The translations under genes were made by a program, and so were the position numbers. 64,000 nt of DNA, from IMG/VR virus record IMGVR_UViG_3300009605_000020, positions 14,405-78,404 of that record; one strand, written 5' to 3'. How positions within the stretch are numbered: position 1 is the stretch's first letter; each line of letters starts with the position of its first letter. Positions 48,265-58,811 of this stretch are shown here, one piece after another. Below the pieces are notes generated by a model. That model had not been told where the DNA came from and made no database searches. It saw nothing but the letters and a program-made list of their open reading frames with translations. This DNA is from a virus.

Positions 48265-50054
48265 TACTTAATTGACCCCTTAATGTCGACATTTGGATAT
48301 TTAAGTTCAAAAATGATCGTAGGAGACGCGTGTATCATACGCCCATCGGCAGCTAGCGCGTCTTTAAAGCTATAGCTCGTTTCAGAATATAGGCCCCCGG
48401 ATTTATTAACCAATTCTACATCCGTAACATCGATAATGCCTGGCACGTCATTTAATACTTTATAAATATCCGAAATGTATATTGGCTCTCCAATATCTTT
48501 TACTCTCGCAAAATGTGCCGTAAGTGCACTATTGGCATTCTTTAATAACGTGAAGCGGTTTGATTCATAATCAGCCAAAGCCACATAATTTACCCCAAAA
48601 TTAACAATGAAAGCATCCAAAAGATCAATTGTATCATTAATCATTTTATACTGAGATAGCCAAGTTTTTAAGTTTGTTTTTATAAGTGAATTTGTTGTCA
48701 CCAATTTGCCGGTAGCCGTGTCTTCTGATATGACATATAGATTTAAGTTTCTCTTGAATTCTGTGAAGTCTCTGATAACTGTACATCGTTTAACGGCGCC
48801 ATATTGAGCGGGCATGCCATATGTCACAGCTTGATAATCTTGAGCCGTGACAGCTCTATTTTGGGCTGCATAATGCGACATCACACGTTGTTTGATTTCT
48901 TCTGACGATGGGAGAGAAATATCTCCCAGAATCGGGCTTTCATTGGTGACCTCTAAGCTGTTTATAACTTCTACTCTTGTGGCGCTATTCAGAGCTGCCT
49001 GGTTGACAAACTTAATTCTAGGTGATAGAACTTGGCCAACAGTATTTGTCGCCGCATTAACATCCCGAGTTGTGTTTACTCGATATGATATAGTTAATAA
49101 GGTGCTAGAGGGTCCTATACCAAACTTGTCAGTATCGATTAATCTAGTTGGGTCGAAGTCAACATCTGTTATGTAGTTGCGACCATGTAAGTCTAATATC
49201 ACCTGGGATGGATCAGCTACCGACTCAGCAAGCTTTTCAGAGTCTGACCCATATCCGAACTGCAAAAATGTTTGATTTCCTTCCCGCTCTAGTGTAAATC
49301 TACGAGCCACCGGGACCGCTTTTAAAATAGATGGGACCGACCCTCGTGAAGCATTAGTGTTTCTAATAGCCTTATAGATAATGTTTTGAGATAAATTATC
49401 TACTTCTACATATTCATGACCTTCAGAGTCCATAACAGAAAGAATCTCAGCTACATTGTTTGTCGAAAGAGGAACCCGACGGAATCTTTCGAATCCGCCA
49501 ATTTTTTTTGTTTCTCTCGCCACTCTGCCAGAGACAGCTCGGCCCTGAGCACGAATGACATAAGAAGTTGGCGTATCATTAACAACTGTTCCCACCACCA
49601 TTTGGTTGGATGGATTGGTAAAATTAATATTTTCTAGCAACGTATAAAGGCCGCCACCGCTGGAGCCGAATTGTGAGCCGGCCTCAAGAGTAGGAGCATA
49701 GCTCAAATCTGGGCCCTCTTCGGAGGTAGAGGCAGGTACCTTAATATAAAAGGTAAGCATTCCGTAAGAAGATGGACTCGTGTTTAGTCTAAAGCCAAGT
49801 TGCCTAGCCAATCGTATTACGTTTCTATATTCTATTGAACTATCTAAGAAGCTTTCGTTGACTTGATAATCCAAATAAAAAGATAAAATATCTCCTACAT
49901 AAGCTACTGTATCCAGCATTAGAGACCCAAAACTGGCTTCGTTAAAGTCTTTATATGTAGAGGAATAATATCTCTTTGCGAAATTTTCTAGATCCCTTCG
50001 AATACTATCAAAATCGCGGCTGGTATAGTTTATGGGCTGTAACTGTTTGGGCAT
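48264..50054 (-). CDS. gp6: Baseplate wedge subunit (T4 gp6-like)
   Basis: YTSRDFDSIR, LDTVAYVGDILSFYLD..NESFL, ARQLGF, AQNRAVTAQDY. Confidence 0.9.
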   Translation of the reverse strand: MPKQLQPINYTSRDFDSIRRDLENFAKRYYSSTYKDFNEASFGSLMLDTVAYVGDILSFYLDYQVNESFLDSSIEYRNVIRLARQLGFRLNTSPSSYGMLTFYIKVPASTSEEGPDLSYAPTLEAGSQFGSSGGGLYTLLENINFTNPSNQMVVGTVVNDTPTSYVIRAQGRAVSGRVARETKKIGGFERFRRVPLSTNNVAEILSVMDSEGHEYVEVDNLSQNIIYKAIRNTNASRGSVPSILKAVPVARRFTLEREGNQTFLQFGYGSDSEKLAESVADPSQVILDLHGRNYITDVDFDPTRLIDTDKFGIGPSSTLLTISYRVNTTRDVNAATNTVGQVLSPRIKFVNQAALNSATRVEVINSLEVTNESPILGDISLPSSEEIKQRVMSHYAAQNRAVTAQDYQAVTYGMPAQYGAVKRCTVIRDFTEFKRNLNLYVISEDTATGKLVTTNSLIKTNLKTWLSQYKMINDTIDLLDAFIVNFGVNYVALADYESNRFTLLKNANSALTAHFARVKDIGEPIYISDIYKVLNDVPGIIDVTDVELVNKSGGLYSETSYSFKDALAADGRMIHASPTIIFELKYPNVDIKGSIK

Positions 50055-50083
50055 CTTCCGGGCGCTCCTGTTTTGAGTCTTAT

Positions 50084-50091
50084 TAATTAGT
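50084..50091 (-). promoter_or_regulatory. Putative late promoter ACTAATTA
   Basis: ACTAWWTA motif overlapping the gp25 stop, upstream of gp6. Confidence 0.45.
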
Positions 50092-50482
50092 TATTATTTA
50101 CATTAATTTGCAATAGGCTTGACTGCTGAATCGGAAGTATCGTAAAGGAAATTTTAACTCCGAGATAGTGTGGGTCCAGGGTATCCCCAACAGATGATTG
50201 TATAAACTCAACATTGTCTATTCCTATATAGGGAAGATAATTTTTAACTTGTTGATATATCCTTCGTTCTATCTCCGTAAAGGTAAAATCATTATTTGGT
50301 TCAAATAGGTATCGACGGATGCCAACGCCAAAGTTCGGATCCATCATCCGTTCTCCAGGATTTGTCAGCATCAACATTTTAAGATTTTGTCGAGCCAGTT
50401 GATTAAAATTAGTATTTAAACTATATGCACCAAAGGTGGGGCTCACCATCAATGGAAGTGCTACTGATAAACCATTCGACAT
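50087..50482 (-). CDS. gp25: Baseplate wedge / sheath initiator (T4 gp25-like)
   Basis: QNLKMLMLTNPGERMMDPNFGVGIRRYLFE. Confidence 0.92.
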   Translation of the reverse strand: MSNGLSVALPLMVSPTFGAYSLNTNFNQLARQNLKMLMLTNPGERMMDPNFGVGIRRYLFEPNNDFTFTEIERRIYQQVKNYLPYIGIDNVEFIQSSVGDTLDPHYLGVKISFTILPIQQSSLLQINVNNN

Positions 50483-50497
50483 ATTAATCCCTCTAGA

Positions 50498-50505
50498 TAA
50501 TTAGG
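50498..50505 (-). promoter_or_regulatory. Putative late promoter variant CCTAATTA
   Basis: One mismatch to ACTAWWTA, just upstream of the gp25 SD. Confidence 0.4.
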
Positions 50506-50518
50506 AAGGTGTTGACTA

Positions 50519-53500
50519 TTAGTCATCACATATTTGCCTCTTAGATGAGTCACTAATTGATGAATTAGTAACATTCATGGCGTCTTCGAGTTTATTATCA
50601 TGATCTCGCTTAAGTAGACCATAAATTAAGTAGAATATTCCCAAGGGGCCCGGAGGTGCCATAAATAATCCCGGTATTGTCCCGGTGAAGTTAAGGCCCT
50701 TTGTAGAAAAAGTTGGAAATGCATCGATACCGGCATCGCCCAGCTCTTGGGCGGCCTTGTCGAGGGGATCCATGTTTCTTAATTCTTCATTTAGTTTACA
50801 GAATATAAGGTCATTCAATAGCTTCTCCACATCTATTCCCATGGCTGCTATGGTGGGCTCTGAATCTAAAGCTGTTTGTACAACACCAACAAATTGTTGT
50901 ATTGCTACCCCGGTTAAGTCTCTTATTACTTTTGTTATAGCCACGTGAGGATCTACTATCTCAGCAAGACCCTTCAAGATATCCAAAGGAGTTTCAATTA
51001 TTGCTTTTACAATATACATTCCTATATTTGGTCTGTCTATATTGTTTGCTCCTGCATTTTTCACGCTGTCTTGAATCGAATGTATAGCTCTTTGGCTACG
51101 CACCGGACGCAAAGAATCGCGATGTGCCGTAACTGTTATCAACAATTCGGCTATAGCATTTTTAGTATCTGTGAAAACCGTTCCCATCTTGGAGAAGTAA
51201 GCATTCGTTAAATAGAAATTATTAAATAACAAAGTTGTCACAACAAGGCCCCAATCCAACGATTTCCTAAAGACTAAATCATATAACTCAGATTCTCTAA
51301 TAACACGTGTGTCTCCTTCAAGAAACCAACGATTAGAGCCGAAGTTGATTGCAGCTGCTCCATCTTCTGAGAAAATATTAATTTTCTCGCCGTCGCCCAG
51401 GGCGCGCCCGGAGGGAATTTCTCCGATCGGAATTCCTACTATCATATTTTCTCTAGTGCGCGCGGGGCCAACATACATCGGCACGTAGGCTTCCTCCTTG
51501 TTTAAAAGGGTTTCTAGATGCGTGCTTGAGTCGGCCGCATTAGATCCTAAAATTTCACCAAAGAGGTCTATTAGTTCCTCATTTTTCGCTTGCGCCCCAG
51601 AAGTCATAATTTCATCATCTTCTACAAGCCTATCAAATGCCGTTTCATCATATTGGCCCCCTAGAACAATTTCAGGTGAGAACCTACGTACACCTACCAC
51701 AGTTACCTCGTCGGTGTTAGATTGCATGGGAGGATAATAAACCAATCGGTAATATAATTTTGGATTATATAACCAACATTCTGTTTCTACACCGATTGCT
51801 TCGGACCGGATCATCTGGACGCGGTTTGCAATAAGTTGTAGCTTCTCTGCACTCGCAAAACCATTAACGAAAGATTCGCCGGCCGGAATATAAAATCGCT
51901 CCTCTAGATCAAGCTGGGCGTCCCGGACGAGACCTGTCGCCGTAGTTTCACCCACAACAACATCTAAATCCTGGCCAGCAGATTCTCCGAACGGGCCGGC
52001 CGAATAATTCGGATCAATTGTATATTTTGAAGCAGACCATCTAATAACTTTTTCGAATCTAAAGCCGCCATAAGCTAAAAGTTCGCTTTCTTTATCATTA
52101 AGTCCGAGGTCCAGCTGACCAGAAGCAATAACAAGACCATCACTTCGGGCTTTAAAGGGATGATCATTGCGAGAGTGTAAAAGGGTATCCGAAGCACCTA
52201 TAGCATCGTGTATAAAACCATTTTCAAGAGATCTATCGAGATTACACCTTGAAATAATATTTTGAACGGCGCTAGCCGAATCTTTTAGTCTCTTCGCTAA
52301 TAAGTAATTTAAGGATTTCTCATACATAGAGGGATCGTTTTGGCTCTCAATTAAATTTTCTCGCGTGAGGCCAAGACTCTCTAACACTTCAGTATCTAAT
52401 GTCGTTCTTCGATTAATTTTTCGTTTCATGTACTTTGTAACAGTTTTTCGGAACAATGGGTGGAAGTTTTCGACCGTTACCAAATGCAATAATTTATTCA
52501 TCGATGTCGTAACAGCGCGACTTATATAACTAACAACTGCGTCTAACGTAAAAATTTCTGTAAGTTTGAATGCCGAGAAAACAAATATATTTTGTAAATA
52601 AAATTGTACAAGGTGGACTTGCAAAAATAACAAGACTACTCCAAATCGTAATGAGTTTCTTAATATTTCCTCTGGTGTTAGGTCTGTATCTTGGCAACTA
52701 GCTTCTATAAATTCTTTTTTGACTTCATCGATAATTGATTGATAATCTAGCAAATCACCGATCTGGCTGCTCGCCTCTTCCGAGTTGGTCGAAACCATCA
52801 ATAAGTCTAGGACTTTGTCTGTAGAAAAAGAGCCTCTCTCTAAAATGGATTTACTTAATTGTTTAATGAGGCTTGCCATAGCTGTAGGATGATACTGATA
52901 TTTCATGGCATCAGAAAATTTGTTTATCTTGTTATTAACAATATTCCATTTCGCGCTGTCGTCGGGGCCCCAGTCCTTATCTAAATCGTTCCTCTCGATC
53001 ATTTTTCGCATTGAAGTAACGGCGAGGTTGGACAATATCCCTTGTGCGGGGTTGGAATTTTCTTCCCCTATAAGCTCTTCGCCTAGTCCGTATAAATCGA
53101 TATGCGAGCCGGCATGCATCTCTAGATCTCCGGGGCTCAATGTTCCTATTTTTAATTCATCAAAAATATAAGATACATCGTAATCGGATGTTCTTTCCGG
53201 CGTTTTAACCCTAACAATAGGCGCGCTTTGCTCAGTTACTTCACTGTAGCTGGGATATAGAAGATCTTCGTTTACGGTCTTATTAAATGTCTTGCGAAAA
53301 ACGAATTTCATTCTATTCTCTGTAGTGCTGTCATTGGACGCGGCCTGGGAGTACCAATCCTCCATAGTTTGGAATTTTCCTATATGGACTGGGAGATCAT
53401 CCTCCTGATGCTGGCGCTCCCACTCCTCATTCGCCAATAAAGCATATTTGACGGCGCCTCCAGTATACTCCCAGAGATATCCTTCAGATGTAAAGGGAAC

Positions 53501-56500
53501 CTCCCCCTCGATATTCCCGGTACCAGCGAACACAGTCTGAATATAGTCGGAGTAATCAGAATGGCCTCCGTGCTCTCCGAAGTCCCAATCCCATCCGGGC
53601 CCATCAAAAATTTCTACCAAGCAGTGGGGAGGATAGCCGTACTCAAGGCCGAAGGGGCCGCGGATGCCTGGACCGAGGTCAGGGCCGTTGAATATTTCTT
53701 GCCACGTGGGCCAGTCCTCCTCATCGAGGCTCTGGGCCTGGAGGCCCCGGGGCAATGGGGGAATCTCATCAGGTGGTGCCATCAATAGCGGCGAGGATGG
53801 CGGCGGTGCCGAAAAAGGTTCTCGGAACCACATAGGAGCAAAGTCACGATCCTCTTCGTTTACTAGGAAGTCTTCCATTTCGGCCGCGGCGGTGTTGCTA
53901 CCTGGGCGATCATCAGGGCCGGGTGCAAGGACGTCCTCTGGCATGTTAGACGGATGTATAGTCTCAGTCTCCACAATTACCGATCTATTATGGCCTCCGA
54001 CGTTCTGGTTCTGGAAGCTCTCCGTAGTCACCACAGTAGTGGCATCGTGTACACGGGCCCTTTTTGTTTGAGAATACAGCCATTGCATATAAGGATCATA
54101 ATAAATGTCATAATATGACATTTCGTCGGTACCAAACTCCGCAAAGTCCCGGGACGCTTCACTATAGTTTGCAACCCTAACCCTGGGTAGTTTATCGTTT
54201 TCTGCCTTCCAGTCGACGATGGCTTGCAGCGCTTTACTTCTGCGGCGTCGGGTGGCTGCATTGTCTCGACTGCCGACATCGTCCCTAGCATCTTTTAAGG
54301 CATCAAGTTCGAGTTGTTGTTGTTCACTATAGGCCTTGCCCATGCCGGCGGTGCCGGCAGACGTGTCATCGTAATCCGCACTATACCATCGTACTGGAAA
54401 GACGAGGGCGGCCGACGTCCCATATGCTTCGGCCCACGCGGCCTGGCCATATTGCGACACGCCGGGGCCCCTATAAAAAGCAGACTTCTCATTTTGTGCA
54501 ACGTGGTAGTTTCCTCGTCCTTTGAGGCTCTGGCCGGCCCACGTTCTGGCAAAGTCTATAACACTTAGTATCTTTGTGACGCCCTCCATAGTACCGCCTG
54601 GGGCTTGGGGATCCCAAGCCGGGCCCTGAAGCCACGCCTCATACGCGTAATCTGAACACTGGGCGTCAGCATTTTCTCCTAGGAGTTCTTGGTTATTATA
54701 CCTATCAACCTCCTCTTGAATGGCATCGCGGCGATCCCAGCCAATTATAAGTTCTGCCATGTTGTCCGACGGAGGCAGCGGAATTTGTGTTATGAAGTCA
54801 GTTACATCTGTCTCGTCTGCTTCTGAGATGGGCTGGCCGCGGTCGGCGCGGAGACGCGTTGTTTTTTCTGTGGAGAATGACGGAGTTGTAAGGGCGCCGT
54901 CAAAATTCCAAATTGTATCTCCTGGCTCGCCGGCGCCGCCTTCGGAGGTCTCCAAGAGGGTGTCATACGTTTTATCAATTGTGGTCGGAATAAATTCATA
55001 GAAATCATCTCTGAACGATCGGGGAAAAGTATATATAGTGGCGGCAGCAAAGCCCCCCGCAATTGCATCTCTGTTGTTCCCCATCTGATTTGACACGTCT
55101 GCCATACCTGAAAAATTAAAGTTATCGAATACATCTCTAATTATTGACGACGCCTGGTCAATCTGATCTGCTGGGAGGCCGGTAAATATAGACGCGAGGC
55201 TCATCGAGCACTCCGATTCGAGGCCGGCCAAATCTTGAGTCATAACTGCTTGCATTTTTTCAACAAGAGTTTCTATGATCGATCCGGCTGTGCGGGGCGG
55301 ATCCTCCCCTTTTGCAACGGATTGTTCAAAGCCGGCACTAGAACTTAGGGCTGCGTCCATTAAAGCTGTTGCTGTTTTGTTGACGCCTATTTGAGGCTTT
55401 AGAAGAATTGTTTTAGAGCCGTCAGCAGCATGATAAAAGCTAGGAGCTATTGACTCTATTAAAACACTCATGAGTTGCGGAACAGAACGTTCAGCTAGCG
55501 GGTTGGGAATATAGTTTTCGTTCTCCGGACAATTCAAATTAATCTCAGGAGGAGTTAAATCAATACCTTTAAGCATGTCTAATAACTCTCTGACATTGTG
55601 ATCATCTACGACAGCAAGAAGATCTGGTACACAAATTTCTCCCACGTTGGGCAAAATATCATTATTTATAATAGACTGGCACAACTCTCTAACGTCGGCT
55701 ATGTCTCCGATACATTTAAAAAAGGACACGACTATAGCTTCATTGGTGAGAGAGCCCAGGATTGAAGAACTAGCTTTTGTAGCTATAAAATTCATTACCG
55801 CGTCTATGGTGTCACGAGAAGCAGATCCCAATAATAATTGACATACCTCTATGGGTACTAAGATTTGCGAGACTTGCGACAAAAATCCTTTTCCAAGGGA
55901 TGCTGAAATATTATAATCTCCAAAACAAATATCGGCGCCCGCATTTCGATCTAGAAGGTTTAATCCATCGTCTTCTGGGGCCGGTAGATTTAAATTAATG
56001 AGGAGATCGGCAATATCTACAGCCCCATACTCGCCGGCCTGAGCTGCCATGGCGGCCTGTTTGATATTACATTGTTGTTTAACAAGCTCCACTAAAGCTT
56101 TTATAATGGCCTTAAGGGCTTCGAACAAAGCATCTATAATAACTTTTTCTATTTGTTCTTGTAAATCGCCAGTAATGGTAAACATTCCTGCAAGTTCTTT
56201 CTCGGTCGGGAACTTAGGGATTGTGATAGGTAATGGTTTCTTTGGCTTTTTAAAAAGACTGCCGGCCGACTCGATAAGACTCGATAAATCTAAACTCATA
56301 GAGGGGGCGGATCCGCTTTGTCCCGCCAGAATACACAAAATTGCTTCGCGTATCAGTGCGTCCAGCCCAAAGCGATTGATAACTTCTGTAATGATTCGGA
56401 CTGGCTCGGATCCTTGTATTTCCTCAAACATGTTTTCAATTTCTTTACCGGGGTCTTTGGCGGCTTTTTCGAATCTTTTGGTTTCCTGTAACCAAATCTT

Positions 56501-57646
56501 TTTCTTCCTTTTTGGGTCTTCTCGTTTCTTTCTAGCTGCAGCTTCCTGCTCAGCGGTTTGGGCCACTTCTTGGGCAGCTCCGGCGGGATTTTCAGGATCT
56601 ATGCCCTTAACGGTGCCGGGTATATCATTAGAATCCGCAACCTGGGCCGGCTCAGAGTGGGAGGGTCCAGAGTATTTGATCGCATATTTAGATCCAACAT
56701 TCTTAGAAGTGGAGGCAATATTTTCTAAGAAATGAATAAAACTGCTACGCTGACCTTGTCGCTTGTTAATGCTCTTGGCTAAGCCCACTATCTTGTCCCA
56801 GCGGGCCATGTATATTCTAGTTTGAACTATGTTTAGAGGAGCGCTTTCTAATGTAGGGAGCAAGCCAATTTCCATCGAGGGGCTGCGCGCTCCTCTTTTT
56901 GAAGGAACGTCGCTAGAGACTGCCACGATATTAAATTTATTGTCAAAATTTATACTAATGCTGGTGCCCGAATTGGGCGATGTAGATACCTTATTTAAGG
57001 AAGCCAAATCGATAATCTTATTTATGGCTGCAGAAATATATGAAAATTCTTTCATAAAATCAACGCCGGGCTTCACTTGACCATCAAAATATTCGTATTG
57101 TATAGAGAATTTTTTAAATAACTTTTTAACTAAGTTTATGTCATCATTAAGAGTATCTAAAGAGAAAGTTGTTCCAGAGCTAAAGCCTCCATATCCCCGG
57201 GCATCCGCCCAATATTCCGTAGGCGATCTGGTATACTGAGATGGAGGTATAGTAACCAGTTCGCCGCTACTAGATAAAAATAGTTTATTCCTGCCTCTTT
57301 TTTTAGATAGAAGGTCTCTAGTACACGAAAACCACACCCTGTATGTATCCCCGGGCCTATTGCCCTTTCGGATTCTTTCCAATTTGAGGGACGCTAGAAT
57401 ATTATTAAAAATAATAATTGTTGGGGCTGAGGTCCCGCCACTAGCATCATGCACCTCCCACCACAAAGGCAAATAATATTTCATAAATGCTATGGCGGCG
57501 CGCCACTCTAAATCCCCGCGGTGCTGAGATACTTCTGCCTGGTCTTCATAATCTGTTTGAAGAACGATATTATACTTGTCAGAATGATAGTAGGGAATAT
57601 TTCTTTCTTTGCTAAACCAGTCTAGTATTAGGTTGGGGGTTGTCAT
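50519..57646 (-). CDS. Very large, probably virion-associated protein (2375 aa; hub or tape-measure-like role unproven)
   Basis: Between the spike and gp25 genes; largely helical, scattered Cys, GC-rich acidic central insert, hydrophobic C-terminal PPGPLGIFYLIYGLL. Confidence 0.55.
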   Translation of the reverse strand: MTTPNLILDWFSKERNIPYYHSDKYNIVLQTDYEDQAEVSQHRGDLEWRAAIAFMKYYLPLWWEVHDASGGTSAPTIIIFNNILASLKLERIRKGNRPGDTYRVWFSCTRDLLSKKRGRNKLFLSSSGELVTIPPSQYTRSPTEYWADARGYGGFSSGTTFSLDTLNDDINLVKKLFKKFSIQYEYFDGQVKPGVDFMKEFSYISAAINKIIDLASLNKVSTSPNSGTSISINFDNKFNIVAVSSDVPSKRGARSPSMEIGLLPTLESAPLNIVQTRIYMARWDKIVGLAKSINKRQGQRSSFIHFLENIASTSKNVGSKYAIKYSGPSHSEPAQVADSNDIPGTVKGIDPENPAGAAQEVAQTAEQEAAARKKREDPKRKKKIWLQETKRFEKAAKDPGKEIENMFEEIQGSEPVRIITEVINRFGLDALIREAILCILAGQSGSAPSMSLDLSSLIESAGSLFKKPKKPLPITIPKFPTEKELAGMFTITGDLQEQIEKVIIDALFEALKAIIKALVELVKQQCNIKQAAMAAQAGEYGAVDIADLLINLNLPAPEDDGLNLLDRNAGADICFGDYNISASLGKGFLSQVSQILVPIEVCQLLLGSASRDTIDAVMNFIATKASSSILGSLTNEAIVVSFFKCIGDIADVRELCQSIINNDILPNVGEICVPDLLAVVDDHNVRELLDMLKGIDLTPPEINLNCPENENYIPNPLAERSVPQLMSVLIESIAPSFYHAADGSKTILLKPQIGVNKTATALMDAALSSSAGFEQSVAKGEDPPRTAGSIIETLVEKMQAVMTQDLAGLESECSMSLASIFTGLPADQIDQASSIIRDVFDNFNFSGMADVSNQMGNNRDAIAGGFAAATIYTFPRSFRDDFYEFIPTTIDKTYDTLLETSEGGAGEPGDTIWNFDGALTTPSFSTEKTTRLRADRGQPISEADETDVTDFITQIPLPPSDNMAELIIGWDRRDAIQEEVDRYNNQELLGENADAQCSDYAYEAWLQGPAWDPQAPGGTMEGVTKILSVIDFARTWAGQSLKGRGNYHVAQNEKSAFYRGPGVSQYGQAAWAEAYGTSAALVFPVRWYSADYDDTSAGTAGMGKAYSEQQQLELDALKDARDDVGSRDNAATRRRRSKALQAIVDWKAENDKLPRVRVANYSEASRDFAEFGTDEMSYYDIYYDPYMQWLYSQTKRARVHDATTVVTTESFQNQNVGGHNRSVIVETETIHPSNMPEDVLAPGPDDRPGSNTAAAEMEDFLVNEEDRDFAPMWFREPFSAPPPSSPLLMAPPDEIPPLPRGLQAQSLDEEDWPTWQEIFNGPDLGPGIRGPFGLEYGYPPHCLVEIFDGPGWDWDFGEHGGHSDYSDYIQTVFAGTGNIEGEVPFTSEGYLWEYTGGAVKYALLANEEWERQHQEDDLPVHIGKFQTMEDWYSQAASNDSTTENRMKFVFRKTFNKTVNEDLLYPSYSEVTEQSAPIVRVKTPERTSDYDVSYIFDELKIGTLSPGDLEMHAGSHIDLYGLGEELIGEENSNPAQGILSNLAVTSMRKMIERNDLDKDWGPDDSAKWNIVNNKINKFSDAMKYQYHPTAMASLIKQLSKSILERGSFSTDKVLDLLMVSTNSEEASSQIGDLLDYQSIIDEVKKEFIEASCQDTDLTPEEILRNSLRFGVVLLFLQVHLVQFYLQNIFVFSAFKLTEIFTLDAVVSYISRAVTTSMNKLLHLVTVENFHPLFRKTVTKYMKRKINRRTTLDTEVLESLGLTRENLIESQNDPSMYEKSLNYLLAKRLKDSASAVQNIISRCNLDRSLENGFIHDAIGASDTLLHSRNDHPFKARSDGLVIASGQLDLGLNDKESELLAYGGFRFEKVIRWSASKYTIDPNYSAGPFGESAGQDLDVVVGETTATGLVRDAQLDLEERFYIPAGESFVNGFASAEKLQLIANRVQMIRSEAIGVETECWLYNPKLYYRLVYYPPMQSNTDEVTVVGVRRFSPEIVLGGQYDETAFDRLVEDDEIMTSGAQAKNEELIDLFGEILGSNAADSSTHLETLLNKEEAYVPMYVGPARTRENMIVGIPIGEIPSGRALGDGEKINIFSEDGAAAINFGSNRWFLEGDTRVIRESELYDLVFRKSLDWGLVVTTLLFNNFYLTNAYFSKMGTVFTDTKNAIAELLITVTAHRDSLRPVRSQRAIHSIQDSVKNAGANNIDRPNIGMYIVKAIIETPLDILKGLAEIVDPHVAITKVIRDLTGVAIQQFVGVVQTALDSEPTIAAMGIDVEKLLNDLIFCKLNEELRNMDPLDKAAQELGDAGIDAFPTFSTKGLNFTGTIPGLFMAPPGPLGIFYLIYGLLKRDHDNKLEDAMNVTNSSISDSSKRQICDD

Positions 57647-57650
57647 AATA

Positions 57651-58769
57651 TCAATTAGTATAGTTGTAAGTGCTGTTTATGTAGGCTCCGGACTTGCCCA
57701 GCGCTTCCGCCTCTTTTCCTAGGCCAGCGAAGGGGAACTGCAAATAAGTAAGCTTGACACCTGTGGTGGCCATCATGTGTTTATTTATTCCTATCTCTAC
57801 CTTTTCTACTGTATCGATCATACACTCAATAGCCGCCTGTATCGACTGCGGACTTTGGCTTGATTCGCTGCCGTAAAATTTTGTAAAATGTGTGTGATTC
57901 ATTAATCCGGAATTAAAATCTTTTTGGAAGGTGACAAAATTATATAACAATTCTCTTAATGAATTTATTAATTTTAATGTTTCCTTCATCATGGCCACAA
58001 GATTGTCACCCTTAACCAGAGGCTGCATGTCTGAGTCATCGTTAAGAGCAATGAGGTCAATGCCCGGATTTCCCATTATTTCGCCACCTTGAGAATTTTG
58101 TGTGTCTGTCTTGGTTATAAGTTTAATTCCTTCTCGCCCAACAATTCGAATAGCATCTGCTTTCAAACCAACTGCGGATCTAGGCTCGTCATAAGAAGTC
58201 GTGCCCATCATGGCACCCTTTCCATCTGCAAGGCCTTCTGGCCCCATATAAGTATCAATATCTGATTTTTGAGAGATATATACGCGCGCCGCATCCATAG
58301 TAAAGTCGGGATTTTTGAATATTTTTTTTCTCTTCTTGTCTTTTTTAGCAGCCCTTGCACCCATGCGACCAGCGACAAGGTCAATTGCTGCGCAGTGTGT
58401 ATTTCCCAAGCCTCCGAAACCAGAATCGGGGCCACCGGGGCGGTCGACTCCCAGTACGATAAAGGCATTCCCTTTCTTTATAACTCTTTCGGCTGGTGTT
58501 TTGATAAACGCGGGAACATCTCCGTTTAAACGTTGACCTCCGCCAATACCAGAAAAATCTAATTTGACCTCAATTGGCATGTCACCAATTTGATCTCGGA
58601 TATCCGGATCGAAATTTTCATGGTCGATTGCTTTTTTGTCCATCCTAGGCTTAGAGTTCAAAGAGGCTCCAGCAACGGAAGAAATAATGTTTGCTGCCAC
58701 TTGAGTAGCAGCAGCGAAGGCTTCAGCTGGGTCGGGCATGGGTGGTTTCTTTTTAGTATCTTCTGCCAT
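57651..58769 (-). CDS. Central tail spike C-terminal moiety (gp5C/gpV/gp138-like)
   Basis: Short beta-strand run (AVGLKADAIRIVGREGIKLIT, IDLIA), QPLVKGDNL, then NHTHF HxH motif typical of metal-loaded spike tips; baseplate context. Confidence 0.6.
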   Translation of the reverse strand: MAEDTKKKPPMPDPAEAFAAATQVAANIISSVAGASLNSKPRMDKKAIDHENFDPDIRDQIGDMPIEVKLDFSGIGGGQRLNGDVPAFIKTPAERVIKKGNAFIVLGVDRPGGPDSGFGGLGNTHCAAIDLVAGRMGARAAKKDKKRKKIFKNPDFTMDAARVYISQKSDIDTYMGPEGLADGKGAMMGTTSYDEPRSAVGLKADAIRIVGREGIKLITKTDTQNSQGGEIMGNPGIDLIALNDDSDMQPLVKGDNLVAMMKETLKLINSLRELLYNFVTFQKDFNSGLMNHTHFTKFYGSESSQSPQSIQAAIECMIDTVEKVEIGINKHMMATTGVKLTYLQFPFAGLGKEAEALGKSGAYINSTYNYTN

Positions 58770-58811
58770 TTTACTCTCCTATCTAATTATCTAATACTTG
58801 AAGTATTTTTC

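Noticed and set aside
50519-57646. Firm tape-measure call
   Set aside because: No clear periodic aromatic repeats or typical Ala/Gly-rich helical pattern; kept as unassigned.
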